Source: an uncultured Bacteroidota bacterium (GTDB taxonomy: Bacteria > Bacteroidota > Ignavibacteria > Ignavibacteriales > Ignavibacteriaceae). From it: a stretch of DNA of 64,000 nucleotides. Positions 54,912 through 64,000 of this stretch are shown one piece after another. Below the pieces are notes generated by a model. It saw only the letters and a program-made list of their open reading frames with translations, was not told the DNA's origin and searched no databases. The position numbers were made by a program, and so were the translations under genes. Each line of letters starts with the position of its first letter. Position 1 is the first letter of the stretch. The stretch is from assembly GCA_963787005.1 (NCBI GenBank), contig CAWBBX010000101.1, forward strand, positions 12,835-76,834, in the 5' to 3' direction.

Positions 54912-55939
54912 TCGGTCCGAAAGCTCATGTTTAATTCCTTCTTAAGACTCGCTTTTATGTATTCAAAATATTCCTTGCTTATTTCAACTTCTTTAAAGAT
55001 CTCAACTATCTTATCAGAAGTGATCTTATTAAAATCTTCCTCAAGCGGAGTTATGCAGACACCGCCGATATCTACGGAAGCCGGACTGAGGAGTATCCTG
55101 TCATCGCCTTCGGCATAATAGTGCGAAGGCCTGTGTTTTTCTCTTAAGAAGATTATAACGCGCCACCCTGAACTATCGTAGTATAAAGAGAGTATGTTCA
55201 TCATTGGCTCTTCGCCGGAGGAAAAAAGAGAAGCGTACAAGCCGTAAAAAACATCGAAGACCGAACCAATTTCGTCGGAGTCCGTTCCTTCTATGGATAT
55301 ATATCTTCTCAAACCGTCGTCGGTGCCGCATACGCTTAATGTCCTGCTTGAAAAAATTTCCTCACCATATTTTTTCTTCAGTCCTTCAAACTCCTTTTCG
55401 AAAGGCATGAAGTTCTTGTTCCCTGCCTGGAAATGAAGATGATCGGGTGCCGAAGCGCCGCATTTGGGACCGTTATAAAAAACAGTATAGTATTTGCCCA
55501 GGTCTTTAGCGAATGAAAGAATTATCCCGAAGCTCTCTTTAATATTCTGCGGAAAATGATTTATGTTCGGCAAAGTAAAATGCTCGGGAAAGATCGGGAA
55601 AGGGTTACTGAGAATTAAATACTCCGTCTTGTAGGGAATTCCTTTTTGATCCGGCGGCAGGTTCTCATAGCAAAGGAAACATTTTCTTTCCTCGATCGAT
55701 TTGGGATCGACCTTGGCCGCGCTCGATTTGATCCTGCCGGGATTAAACTGCACTTTTATCTCGAACCCGTCGAATTTGAAGCTGCGGGCTTTTACCGTCT
55801 CGAGAGACTTGTATCCTACGTGAAGTTGTGTCCAGTTTTTCTTCTGCTCTTCTAATAGAATTCTGGCCGCACTTCCGAAGTCATTCTTTGAAATAAATTC
55901 TTCGGCAGCGGAGTTTGTAAATATTATATCGTCTATCAA
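54908..55939 (-). CDS. HIT-superfamily nucleotidyl-transferase/phosphorylase-like protein (DUF4922-like)
   Basis: 343 aa with GASAPDHLHFQAGN. This is the HxHxQ variant found in the GalT/GDP-L-galactose phosphorylase branch of the HIT superfamily. Confidence 0.55.
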   Translation of the reverse strand: MIDDIIFTNSAAEEFISKNDFGSAARILLEEQKKNWTQLHVGYKSLETVKARSFKFDGFEIKVQFNPGRIKSSAAKVDPKSIEERKCFLCYENLPPDQKGIPYKTEYLILSNPFPIFPEHFTLPNINHFPQNIKESFGIILSFAKDLGKYYTVFYNGPKCGASAPDHLHFQAGNKNFMPFEKEFEGLKKKYGEEIFSSRTLSVCGTDDGLRRYISIEGTDSDEIGSVFDVFYGLYASLFSSGEEPMMNILSLYYDSSGWRVIIFLREKHRPSHYYAEGDDRILLSPASVDIGGVCITPLEEDFNKITSDKIVEIFKEVEISKEYFEYIKASLKKELNMSFRTD

Positions 55940-55994
55940 TTTAAAGTTTCCGGAATATTCTGAAATAATTTTCTGGTCCTTTCGGCATTAATGA

Positions 55995-56022
55995 GGTAGG
56001 GACAACTAATTAGTTGCCCCTG
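55995..56022. repeat. diverged isolated copy of the array 28-nt palindrome
   Basis: GTAGGGACAACTAATTAGTTGCCCCTGC, compared with GTAGGGACAACTCATGAGTTGTCCCTAC. Confidence 0.5.
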
Positions 56023-56063
56023 CAAAATACTCTACTGCTAATATCGGAATTTTAATCAAACAA

Positions 56064-57533
56064 CTATACTTTTTCTTTGTTTAATTTCTGTCTCGCGAGT
56101 ATCTCAATGCTTCTAACGCGGTCTTTGTAAAGATTGTTTGTATTCTGCTTTTCAACCGACAGGGCAGCATCCGAGTTTCCTTCCCACCTTCTGCAGACAT
56201 AGAGCGGCTCGTAAATTCTTCCTATCTGGTATTCGCGCGAGAAAGCGAGTCCGAGCGCATAATCTTCGCCGTAGCTTACATTGGGAATTTTTATATCTCT
56301 AAGAAGAGGCGTAAAGAAAGCCCTGGGCGCGCCTAGCCCGTTTATCCTTATGGCATTGTTGCGGCCGTTGTCCGGCGTCCATTCCTTGTGGTCGATAATT
56401 CCCGGAGGAATTTCGTTGAGCTTGAAGTCGGTTAATTTGTACGTGCCGACAACCATCGCGCATTTTTCTTTTCTGAAAAGATCGATGATTTTCTGAAGTG
56501 TATTTTCGTCAATGTATATGTCGTCGCTGTCCAGCTGCACGGAATATTTTCCGCAATTTTTGTGATGAGCGGCTTCGTTCCAGCATCCGCCTATTCCCAG
56601 GTCTTTCCGTTCGGGAATCAAGTGGATAACCCTGTCATCCTTCGCCGCAAATTCCTTGAGAATGCCGGCCGTGCCGTCGTCGGAATAATTATCGACAACT
56701 ATAAGATTGAATTTAAAGTCGGTCTTCTGCGAAAGCACCGAATTCACTGCGTCGGCGATGGTCTTCACCCTATTCTTAACGGGAATAATAACCGTCGCTT
56801 CATAATTATATTCGCCGCCGGGATCGGAAATCTCTTTGAACTTAGGTTCAAGGTAAGCGCCGATCTTCTTCAAATGTTCGGTCGCGGCTTTTTCCATTTC
56901 TACTTGGACTTCCCTGTTCTTGGGATTTACGTAATCAAAAAGCTTTTCGCCTGATTTTCTAACGTCTGTCTCAACAATGGTGTAAAGATATTCCGGTATC
57001 CTGAGCAAATTATGCGTACGGGAAATTCCCATCCTCATCGAATAAAGTCCGGCGTACTTATAATTATTGTTGCCTTCCTTGATGAAATCCGCGAGCGCAT
57101 GCTTCTTGATGAACAGGACCGGACCGAAGGCGAAATCATCGCGTATGCTGCCAACCTGGTAATCAATAACCGGGTGGCTGCTTCTTACGCCGCCCTTTAT
57201 CTCGTAATAATCGGAATAAACTATTCCGGCATTAGTGTTATCCGCAAGGTATGAAAGTCTTTCCGGGGCGAACTGCCCGAATTCCACCAGCGTATCCTCG
57301 GTCAGGAATAAAGCATAATCGGTATTAGTCTTTTCATTAATTAATTTGATTGTTTCGGTGCCGAAGATGGATCCGGTCTTCAAAAGTTCTGCGTTTTCTA
57401 TTTTGGCCGCGTCATCAGACTGAGTTAACAGATATATTTTACCAACAAACTTCGATTCCGCGAGCTGATTTACCGTTTGTGCTGTATAACCGTGTCCGCC
57501 GAAAGGAAGAAAAGCAGTAATTTTTTTACTCAT
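56064..57533 (-). CDS. family 2 glycosyltransferase with an extra N-terminal domain
   Basis: Start set at [10 protein letters not shown]2 core [22 protein letters not shown]...[12 protein letters not shown]...DSDD. Confidence 0.8.
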   Translation of the reverse strand: MSKKITAFLPFGGHGYTAQTVNQLAESKFVGKIYLLTQSDDAAKIENAELLKTGSIFGTETIKLINEKTNTDYALFLTEDTLVEFGQFAPERLSYLADNTNAGIVYSDYYEIKGGVRSSHPVIDYQVGSIRDDFAFGPVLFIKKHALADFIKEGNNNYKYAGLYSMRMGISRTHNLLRIPEYLYTIVETDVRKSGEKLFDYVNPKNREVQVEMEKAATEHLKKIGAYLEPKFKEISDPGGEYNYEATVIIPVKNRVKTIADAVNSVLSQKTDFKFNLIVVDNYSDDGTAGILKEFAAKDDRVIHLIPERKDLGIGGCWNEAAHHKNCGKYSVQLDSDDIYIDENTLQKIIDLFRKEKCAMVVGTYKLTDFKLNEIPPGIIDHKEWTPDNGRNNAIRINGLGAPRAFFTPLLRDIKIPNVSYGEDYALGLAFSREYQIGRIYEPLYVCRRWEGNSDAALSVEKQNTNNLYKDRVRSIEILARQKLNKEKV

Positions 57534-57696
57534 TTTTACTCCGATGTTTAACATTTTGCACTTAAAATTTAACCATATTGGCAAGAAGATACAAAAAAGC
57601 TAAAATGCAATAGAAACCGGTATTTTGATGATAGGAAGAGGTTTTTAAATGTGTGTTAACCAACAGATCGGCGGTTTTTCTTATGGGGAGCCGTCT

Positions 57697-58809
57697 TTAT
57701 TTTTTTATAATCTCCCCGTAAAAATCCAGCACACGGTCGGTTAGCATTTTAATATCAAACATTTCCACGGCTCTTTTTCTGGCCTCCGCTGAAAATTTTT
57801 CCCTCATGGAAAGATTGTTGATCAGTATTTCAAGCTTAGCCGCCAAATCTTCGGCGTTCTTATTTTTAAATAATAATGATGTCACACCGTCAACCGCTAT
57901 ATCCAGAACTCCGTCCGAATCGGAACATACGGAAGGTCTGCCCATCGACAACGCTTCCGCCAATGCAATACCGAAAGCCTCGGCGTGCGAAGGGAATACG
58001 AAAATATCTATCGCCGCCAGTACATTCGGAGTATCGATCCGATAGCCCGCAAAGATAATGTTTCCTAGCCGGTAAGATTCCGCCAGCTTCTTTATCGATT
58101 CGGCGTAATTATCTTCTCCCCTGCTCGCTTCACCCACAATAATAAATTTAAGTCCGGGATATTCCTCATTTAAAATTTTAGCCGCGGTAAGGAATTCTTC
58201 ATGGCCCTTGCCGGGACTAAATCTTGCCACCATCCCTATAAGTAATTCTTCTTTTTTGATACCGAATTCTTCTCTTACCTCATTACCTTTGGCTATTTCC
58301 GGGTTAAATTTTCCGGTATCTATTCCGTTGTGAAGAAGCTTTATCTTATCCTCGGTAAGCGGACAAGTATCGAGCAGGTTCTTCTTTATAACGCTGCTGA
58401 TGGCCAGCGCCGCGGTAACCCTGTTGTAAAGCCAGCGGTGCAGCTTATCCTTTTTAACTATAAAAGAGCCGACCTGCTTTGTCATCACCAAAGGAATGCC
58501 CCGTCCAAGAAGTTTTAAAGCGGGTACGATTATCCAAAGATCCTTGGAGGCCTGCGTGTGCACAAGATCGTATTTTCCGCGCCTTAAGATGGAAAACAAT
58601 TTTAATATTCCGAAAGGATGAACGTAGCCTGATGCTTTAAGAGGATGAATAATAAGTCCGATGTTGTTGGCTTCAATGTGTATCCGCGAGTCGGCGGCAC
58701 AGAGAAGCTCCACCGAAATATTCTTTTGAAGAAGCTGCTTCACTGCGGTAAGAGTATACATCTCCATTCCGCCCCAGCTTTTCGATAGACATGAATAAAG
58801 TATCTTCAA
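57697..58809 (-). CDS. family 4 (GT-B, group 1) glycosyltransferase
   Basis: VARFSPGKGHEEF...FPSHAEAFGIALAEALSMGRPSV is an EX7E-type motif. Confidence 0.88.
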   Translation of the reverse strand: MKILYSCLSKSWGGMEMYTLTAVKQLLQKNISVELLCAADSRIHIEANNIGLIIHPLKASGYVHPFGILKLFSILRRGKYDLVHTQASKDLWIIVPALKLLGRGIPLVMTKQVGSFIVKKDKLHRWLYNRVTAALAISSVIKKNLLDTCPLTEDKIKLLHNGIDTGKFNPEIAKGNEVREEFGIKKEELLIGMVARFSPGKGHEEFLTAAKILNEEYPGLKFIIVGEASRGEDNYAESIKKLAESYRLGNIIFAGYRIDTPNVLAAIDIFVFPSHAEAFGIALAEALSMGRPSVCSDSDGVLDIAVDGVTSLLFKNKNAEDLAAKLEILINNLSMREKFSAEARKRAVEMFDIKMLTDRVLDFYGEIIKK

Positions 58810-60158
58810 TATATTCTTTTCAGCTTCGCGTTCTTAAAATAATGAAGCAGAATCTCGTCGAACTGGTAGCCTCTCGCGGCCATGACAGCGGCGCCTATCT
58901 GGCAGAGTCCAACGCCGTGTCCCCAGCCCGCGCCTCTCAGAATAAATTTTTGAGGCACGCCTTTAATCTCATCCGACTTCTCAACCATAAACGCCGAGCT
59001 GTATAGATGGCTCTGCGAGAGTATGCGTCTTATCTCCAGTTCCTTGCCGATGATTAATGTTTTCTTCGATCCCACTATCTTTAATTTAATTAGCCGGGCT
59101 GAGTTTCCTCTTTGTACGGGGATGAGGTCCAGGATGTCGCCGAAATCGAATTCCGATTTTCCGTTGATGAGGCCTGCTATCTGCGCCTGCGAATATTCAA
59201 CGGTCCACCTGAAGAAATCCGTTGTTTCCTGGTCGAAGTCCGGAAGTACCTGAGAGAGTATCTTTTTATCACTTGTGTTGCAGAATGACGATGGATTTCC
59301 GGCTATCCATTTCCTCGCATTTGCCTCTATCTTAAAATCGGTGTTGAAAGATTCGGCTCCGAATTTATAATCGACAACAGAAGTGAGGTAAGGATATTCG
59401 ACGGGCTCCCATACGTTTTCGAACGATTCGGAGATGCCGCCGCACGATTTTGAGTAGCGCGCGTCGCAAATCATGTCCGAGCTGGTAAGTACTACCCCGG
59501 CCGTCTGTTTAACCGCCTGCCTGGCTACGTCGGTAAAAACTTTTGTGACACCCTGGTAGCGCTGGCAGTGGTCGTCGGCGCACACTTCGAACAGTTTATG
59601 GTCTTCTCGATCGTACCATTTAATATATTCTTCACCGGATTCATGAATCGTTGAGTATCCGAGGTTCTTAGTCTTAAGTGTCTTTGATTTTTCGATCTGC
59701 GCGAGCAGCCAGCTGCGCGAAATTATGGAGTGCGCCTTTAAAAGCTGAAGAGAAGACTTGGCGCTCATCTCCGATGATATCACGCTCACTAGATAGTTTT
59801 CGATCGGGATGAGATTTATCGCGACTATCTTATCGCCGTCTTTCAGCAGCTTAAGCGATCCCCTGAAACGCTCTTTCTCTTTTCTTTCCCAGTGAAACTT
59901 TACGCCGATGGTTACGTCTCTAAGGACGAAAGACTCGGCTTCAAAGTCCTGCGGTTCGAAAGTTATCTCGTCCGATATCTCTATCTTCTCGGTATCCTTG
60001 CGGCAGATTATCCGGTCATCGGCAATCTCCGCGCTGTAAACACCGCTGAACGTACCGTGCATTCCGAAGCTTTTAAAGTCGCCGTGCAGCTCGAAGTCGA
60101 TTTTCTTCTCGGTAAAGATACCTACGCTGATATCGGGTTCTTTTTTTATTGTAAGCAT
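58806..60158 (-). CDS. SpoIID/LytB-domain protein without a signal peptide
   Basis: Start set at MLTIKKEP. SpoIID-like motifs: EMSAKSSLQLLKAHSIISRSW, DDHCQRYQG, GAGWGHGVGLCQIGA. 4-nt overlap with the GT4 start. Confidence 0.75.
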   Translation of the reverse strand: MLTIKKEPDISVGIFTEKKIDFELHGDFKSFGMHGTFSGVYSAEIADDRIICRKDTEKIEISDEITFEPQDFEAESFVLRDVTIGVKFHWERKEKERFRGSLKLLKDGDKIVAINLIPIENYLVSVISSEMSAKSSLQLLKAHSIISRSWLLAQIEKSKTLKTKNLGYSTIHESGEEYIKWYDREDHKLFEVCADDHCQRYQGVTKVFTDVARQAVKQTAGVVLTSSDMICDARYSKSCGGISESFENVWEPVEYPYLTSVVDYKFGAESFNTDFKIEANARKWIAGNPSSFCNTSDKKILSQVLPDFDQETTDFFRWTVEYSQAQIAGLINGKSEFDFGDILDLIPVQRGNSARLIKLKIVGSKKTLIIGKELEIRRILSQSHLYSSAFMVEKSDEIKGVPQKFILRGAGWGHGVGLCQIGAAVMAARGYQFDEILLHYFKNAKLKRIY

Positions 60159-60337
60159 TAATTTCCCGCGTGAGGCAAATGCCTCAATAATCAAATTTGT
60201 TAATAATTCGGACTGAAATATAAGAATTAAACCGCACAAATTGTAAGCTACTTAGACGGATGCAATTGGGAATTCTGCAGGAATCTTTTTAATTTTAGTT
60301 AATAATCTTGTATAAATATTAAACAGTATCTCTTTTT

Positions 60338-61261
60338 ATGAAAAAATCAGTGACAAAAACAGTTAATATAATAGGTTTTCCGATGGATCTGGGGGCAGGA
60401 AGAAGGGGCGTAGATATGGGTCCCTCAGCCGTAAGAATAGCCGGGCTAAGGGCTAAGCTCGAACGACTCGGCTACAAAGTTGAGGACAGCGGCGACGTCT
60501 TCATCCAAATAATAGAAAAACAAAGAATTACAAATCACAAGCTGAAATATATAAACGAGATTATTAAAACCTCGAAGACTCTAGCGGGCAAAGTCGAAAA
60601 AGTTCTCGACAAAGGTCAATTCCCTCTGTGCGTCGGCGGCGATCACTCGATGGCCATCGGAAGCATAGCCGGCATCTCATCTTACTGCAGAAGAAATAAA
60701 CTGAAACTCGGCGTTATCTGGATAGACGCGCACGCCGATATGAACACGGACGATACAACCCCTTCCGGCAACATCCACGGTATGCCCCTGGCGGCGGCGC
60801 TGGGATTGGGGAACGAAAGACTCGTCAACTTTTACGATTTCGCACCTAAGCTGAAGCCCGAAAACTGTGCGATAATCGGCATAAGAAGCATCGATCCGCA
60901 GGAAAGAGAAACAATAAAAAAATTAAATATGTCCGTCTATACGATGACGGATATCGACAAGCTGGGCATTCACAGGATTATATCGAAAGTGCTGAAACAG
61001 TTCAGGGAAAAAGTTGACCACATACACGTCAGCTTTGATCTCGACAGCGTGGACCCCGCCGTAGCTCCCGGCGTAGGAACTCCCGTCCCGGGCGGACTCA
61101 GCTACAGGGAAGCTCATCTTATAATGGAGTCAATAGCCGACTGCGGCTGCATGTCGTCTCTCGAGATCACGGAAGTAAATCCCATACTCGACAGCAAGAA
61201 CAAGAGCGCAATACTGGCATCCGATCTTATCGCATCCAGCATGGGTAAAAGAATACTTTAA
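60338..61261 (+). CDS. rocF: arginase (ureohydrolase family)
   Basis: Mn-binding motifs GGDHSMAIGS, DAHADMNT, SFDLDSVDP. Confidence 0.88.
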   Translation: MKKSVTKTVNIIGFPMDLGAGRRGVDMGPSAVRIAGLRAKLERLGYKVEDSGDVFIQIIEKQRITNHKLKYINEIIKTSKTLAGKVEKVLDKGQFPLCVGGDHSMAIGSIAGISSYCRRNKLKLGVIWIDAHADMNTDDTTPSGNIHGMPLAAALGLGNERLVNFYDFAPKLKPENCAIIGIRSIDPQERETIKKLNMSVYTMTDIDKLGIHRIISKVLKQFREKVDHIHVSFDLDSVDPAVAPGVGTPVPGGLSYREAHLIMESIADCGCMSSLEITEVNPILDSKNKSAILASDLIASSMGKRIL

Positions 61262-61480
61262 TAGCGCCGCGTCACATTCCTTTTAATCTCTCCGTTTGAG
61301 TATTACACGGATAATTAGTAATTATACTTAGAGCCTCCGTGCATTAGTGGCGGCCAGTATCCTTAATATTAATATCACCGGCTACAAAGTCACTAAGCAA
61401 TACAATTAATCTTGAGCAATATCATACTTTCATAAACGGGGTTAACTTAAATTCCACTTAAACATTCTTTAAAGGATAAC

Positions 61481-61993
61481 GTGCGGAAACAAGTCCCTAT
61501 AATTATATACATTCTTACGTTTCTGGCATTCTCAATGTTTTTGAAACTGACCGGAATTATAGATTTCGACAATACGGAGGTATTCGGTTACGCTTTTCTT
61601 TTTTACGGAATAAGTACGGTGTATATGTCTCTCGGGAAGAATAAGGGAATCAGCGTCTTCCTCGGGTCGGCGGTCTTCTCCGTCGGCATAGTAATGCTGA
61701 TTGTTTCCGGGTTCGACATTCTTCAGCCTTCGACTATTTATTTCCCGTCGTTTCTTTTTATACTGGGCATAGGAAGCTTCATGCTGTATATTGACAAAAC
61801 CGAGGACAAGATTTTCCTGTTGATATCGGTTATCTTTTTTATTCTCGGCTTGATCTTCACGTTTACGCAGGGCTCGCCGGATATTGCATCTTTTATCGAC
61901 TCAATAGAAAAAATAATTTTAAATTACTGGGAGGTTATACTTCTCTCGCTATTAGTTCTGTTGCTGCTTAATAGAGATAAAAAAGAAGATTAA
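61481..61993 (+). CDS. hypothetical membrane protein
   Basis: GTG start, 170 aa, 5-6 hydrophobic segments. Confidence 0.5.
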   Translation: MRKQVPIIIYILTFLAFSMFLKLTGIIDFDNTEVFGYAFLFYGISTVYMSLGKNKGISVFLGSAVFSVGIVMLIVSGFDILQPSTIYFPSFLFILGIGSFMLYIDKTEDKIFLLISVIFFILGLIFTFTQGSPDIASFIDSIEKIILNYWEVILLSLLVLLLLNRDKKED

Positions 61994-62010
61994 CATGAAG
62001 AAAAATTTTC

Positions 62011-63087
62011 TTATTGAAGCCCGCCTATTAATACAAGATCGTTACCCGGTTTTTTTGAGCCGCCGTCCGGCTCTTCGGTAATAAAGAATTTAACGTTCTT
62101 TTTTCCCGAAATATCGGGGAGATTTATCCAATAATCCGCGGCTGATCCGGCGGGATTAAAAATGCTGATCGAGCTCAGTTCGCCCGAAATGTTTGCCCAC
62201 AATTGATATGCCTTGCCCGGGAGACTGGGCACGTTCCAGAGCCTTAAGAGTCCCTTGCCGCCGGCTGTACTGAAGATGATCTTCCCCTGCTCCGCTCCGC
62301 CCGATTTAGGCGGCATAAGATCGACTATACCTGCGTCTTTAGACATTATAAGATCCTGAAGATCCTTGCTGCTGTTGTTCTTCGCCGAAAGTTCGATAAT
62401 CTTTTGATTCAGGTTATCGACTTCCGCTTGATACGCTTCTAAACGCGCGTCAACTTTAATATACGCGTAGATGCCGGCGCCTATCAGAATAATCACAACA
62501 ACGAAACCCAAAATAATTCCGAACGACGAATCTCTCTTACGCTCATATGATTTCTTTTCAGCATGAGATTTGATTTTGGGAAGCGGTTTTTCTTCCGGCG
62601 TAATTTCTTCTTCTATTATCCCCGGTTCATCTGGAGGAAGATTAATTCCTCTTTCTCTTATTTGTGTAGCCTGCGAAGGACGTATCGCCGAGCGGAAAGA
62701 TTTCTGCGTACTTTCCTGCTCAATTTCCGGTTCTTTAATTTCTTCTTCGGCGCTCCCTTTTATCTCGGCCAATTCCTCTTCGGGCTCTATCTGCTCCTGC
62801 CTCTTATAGCCGCCTAAGGCAGATCCCCCTGTAGTTCTTTTGGGTTTCTGATCACCCTTTAGGCGGTACAACCTGCGTGCTACATTATCCTTGAGTTCAA
62901 CACCGGGTATTTCAATTTCGAGTATGGATGGAAGAAGCGCGGTAAGGTTTTGAAATTCTCCGAGCTCCTGCCAGTTGTATTCCTCGCCCGAGTCGAAGTA
63001 CTCCTGAAGCTTTTTGTGCTCTTCGCCGTCCAGACAGCCGAGCGCGTACGCGAAAAGGAGATCGTAATATTCGTTCTGCACTGACAT
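62011..63087 (-). CDS. anti-sigma factor (RskA-like C-terminal domain)
   Basis: N-terminus ...LLFAYALGCLDGEE, a charged linker, one TM, and a C-terminal ...KAYQLWANISGE...ITEEPDGG. 1-nt overlap with the sigma gene. Confidence 0.7.
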   Translation of the reverse strand: MSVQNEYYDLLFAYALGCLDGEEHKKLQEYFDSGEEYNWQELGEFQNLTALLPSILEIEIPGVELKDNVARRLYRLKGDQKPKRTTGGSALGGYKRQEQIEPEEELAEIKGSAEEEIKEPEIEQESTQKSFRSAIRPSQATQIRERGINLPPDEPGIIEEEITPEEKPLPKIKSHAEKKSYERKRDSSFGIILGFVVVIILIGAGIYAYIKVDARLEAYQAEVDNLNQKIIELSAKNNSSKDLQDLIMSKDAGIVDLMPPKSGGAEQGKIIFSTAGGKGLLRLWNVPSLPGKAYQLWANISGELSSISIFNPAGSAADYWINLPDISGKKNVKFFITEEPDGGSKKPGNDLVLIGGLQ

Positions 63088-63668
63088 TACGCTTCTCCCT
63101 TGATTAAATAGTCTTTCAAATTGTTTAAGGCGATCTTAATCTTCGACTTGACGGTGGGAATGGGAATGTTGAGCTTGCCGGCTATTTCCTTCTGCGTTAA
63201 TCCCTCGTAATAGGCTAAGTAGATTACGTACTGCTGTGCGTCGGTAAGCTTGTTTAAAGCGCCTTCGATGTTGCTTTTAATTCCGAGCGCCGTTTTAATA
63301 TCCAGCGGATCGATGACCGGAGAGAGGCGCGGTATTATAAATTTATTCTCGTAATCGTCGTTATACACAGGAATCTCGTCAACGCCGCGGCTCCGTCTTG
63401 CGGAGTCGGCTGCCTTGTTGCGTGCAAGGGTGACGAGCCATGTGTAGACGTTGCTGGTTTTGAAATCGAATAGATTTACCTTGCGCCAGATTATAACGAA
63501 TACGTCTATTAAAACATCTTCGGCAAGCTTTTCTTCGGTAACAATTTTTTTGATGAGCGTATAAAGGAGCGCGGAATAGCGGTTGTACAAAGCCTCGAGC
63601 GCTTTTGAGTCGTTTGAGGCAACCCTCTGCAAAAGTTCGATATCGGTAATAGCCGAGTTTACAGTCAA
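63087..63668 (-). CDS. ECF-type RNA polymerase sigma factor
   Basis: Region 2 (DVLIDVFVIIWRK...WLVTLARN) and region 4 (LTQKEIAGKLNIPIPTVKSKIKIAL). Confidence 0.88.
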   Translation of the reverse strand: MTVNSAITDIELLQRVASNDSKALEALYNRYSALLYTLIKKIVTEEKLAEDVLIDVFVIIWRKVNLFDFKTSNVYTWLVTLARNKAADSARRSRGVDEIPVYNDDYENKFIIPRLSPVIDPLDIKTALGIKSNIEGALNKLTDAQQYVIYLAYYEGLTQKEIAGKLNIPIPTVKSKIKIALNNLKDYLIKGEA

Positions 63669-63771
63669 AATGGTCCGCCGTTATTATACATATTAATCTT
63701 ATGCAAAAGTAAAGCTAAGGGAGCTAAAAATCAATTGAAGAAAAGCTAATCGAAATTGATAAAACCTCCGA

Positions 63772-63805
63772 GGTTTTCTTAAACCTCGGAGGTTTAATTC
63801 AAATA
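63772..63805. repeat. 34-nt double-hairpin element
   Basis: AAACCTCCGAGGTTT-TCTT-AAACCTCGGAGGTTT. An inverted copy of the same element lies at 42805-42838. Confidence 0.55.
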
Positions 63806-64000
63806 AAAAGCGCCGCCCCCTTAACGAGCCTTATCTTGATCAAGCCATAAAATGAATCTGCCGCGGGCGGAACGCCGGAATATTACCAGCCAGGGTGAAG
63901 CCCCGAACGTCATTCCGCTTCAGGCAGCGGAAAACCTGCCCGCCTTTCTCCTCAGGCGAAGCGGAAGCGGAGTCGGAGTCGGATTGAAGTATCGATTATT

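Noticed and set aside
63840-64000. Open minus-strand frame running off the window end (...GQVFRCLKRNDVRGFTLAGNIPAFRPRQIHFMA*).
   Set aside because: Only about 53 codons are visible, with no recognisable motif and no start inside the window. The region is GC-rich and may be coding, but it cannot be supported.
1-64000. Search for mobile elements, prophage, toxin-antitoxin, retron, DGR or known defence systems, and for tRNA, rRNA and tmRNA genes.
   Set aside because: I recognised no integrase, transposase, reverse transcriptase, Cas, restriction or nuclease-NTPase pairs among the ORFs. No cloverleaf-like or rRNA-like sequence was seen in the intergenic regions. The only RNA gene I can support is rnpB.

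Overview
This looks like a chromosomal segment from an FCB-group bacterium, probably Ignavibacteria/Bacteroidota-like. That taxon call is inference from a T9SS-type C-terminal sorting tail, a UpxY-type NusG paralogue and a long-form IspG. About 55 protein genes are supportable, and most are housekeeping: rpiB, a sirtuin, ugd, dnaG, ispG, nif3, recJ, yebC, ruvC, ruvA, clpX, dxr, rseP, HU and arginase. A bacterial type-A RNase P RNA lies at 17839-18309. There are also three two-component pairs or hybrids, two ECF sigma/anti-sigma pairs, a GH13 amylase, an ABC exporter and a glycosyltransferase/SpoIID/HIT-like cluster. I saw no tRNA or rRNA genes, CRISPR array, transposase, integrase or recognisable defence genes.

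The unusual part is 29.7-39.9 kb. It holds a nine-haem c-type cytochrome whose T9SS tail is out of frame, next to a divergent two-component system. It also holds an ECF sigma/anti-sigma/TPR/TonB-C module with several frame disruptions. A signal-peptide + single-CXXCH + beta-barrel protein has Cyc2-like cytochrome-porin architecture. Directly downstream of that gene is a 1.85-kb coding-free array of five ~310-bp tandem units. Each unit is built from GTAG...CTAC-headed palindromic hairpins, and each carries a decayed copy of the last ~15 codons of the cytochrome-porin gene.

Individual hairpin modules, and at least three other short palindromic repeat families, recur elsewhere in the window. They sit mostly at gene 3' ends, some are nested inside one another, and one related motif sits at the tip of an extra helix in the RNase P RNA. 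All functional calls come from reading motifs by eye; no database search was possible.
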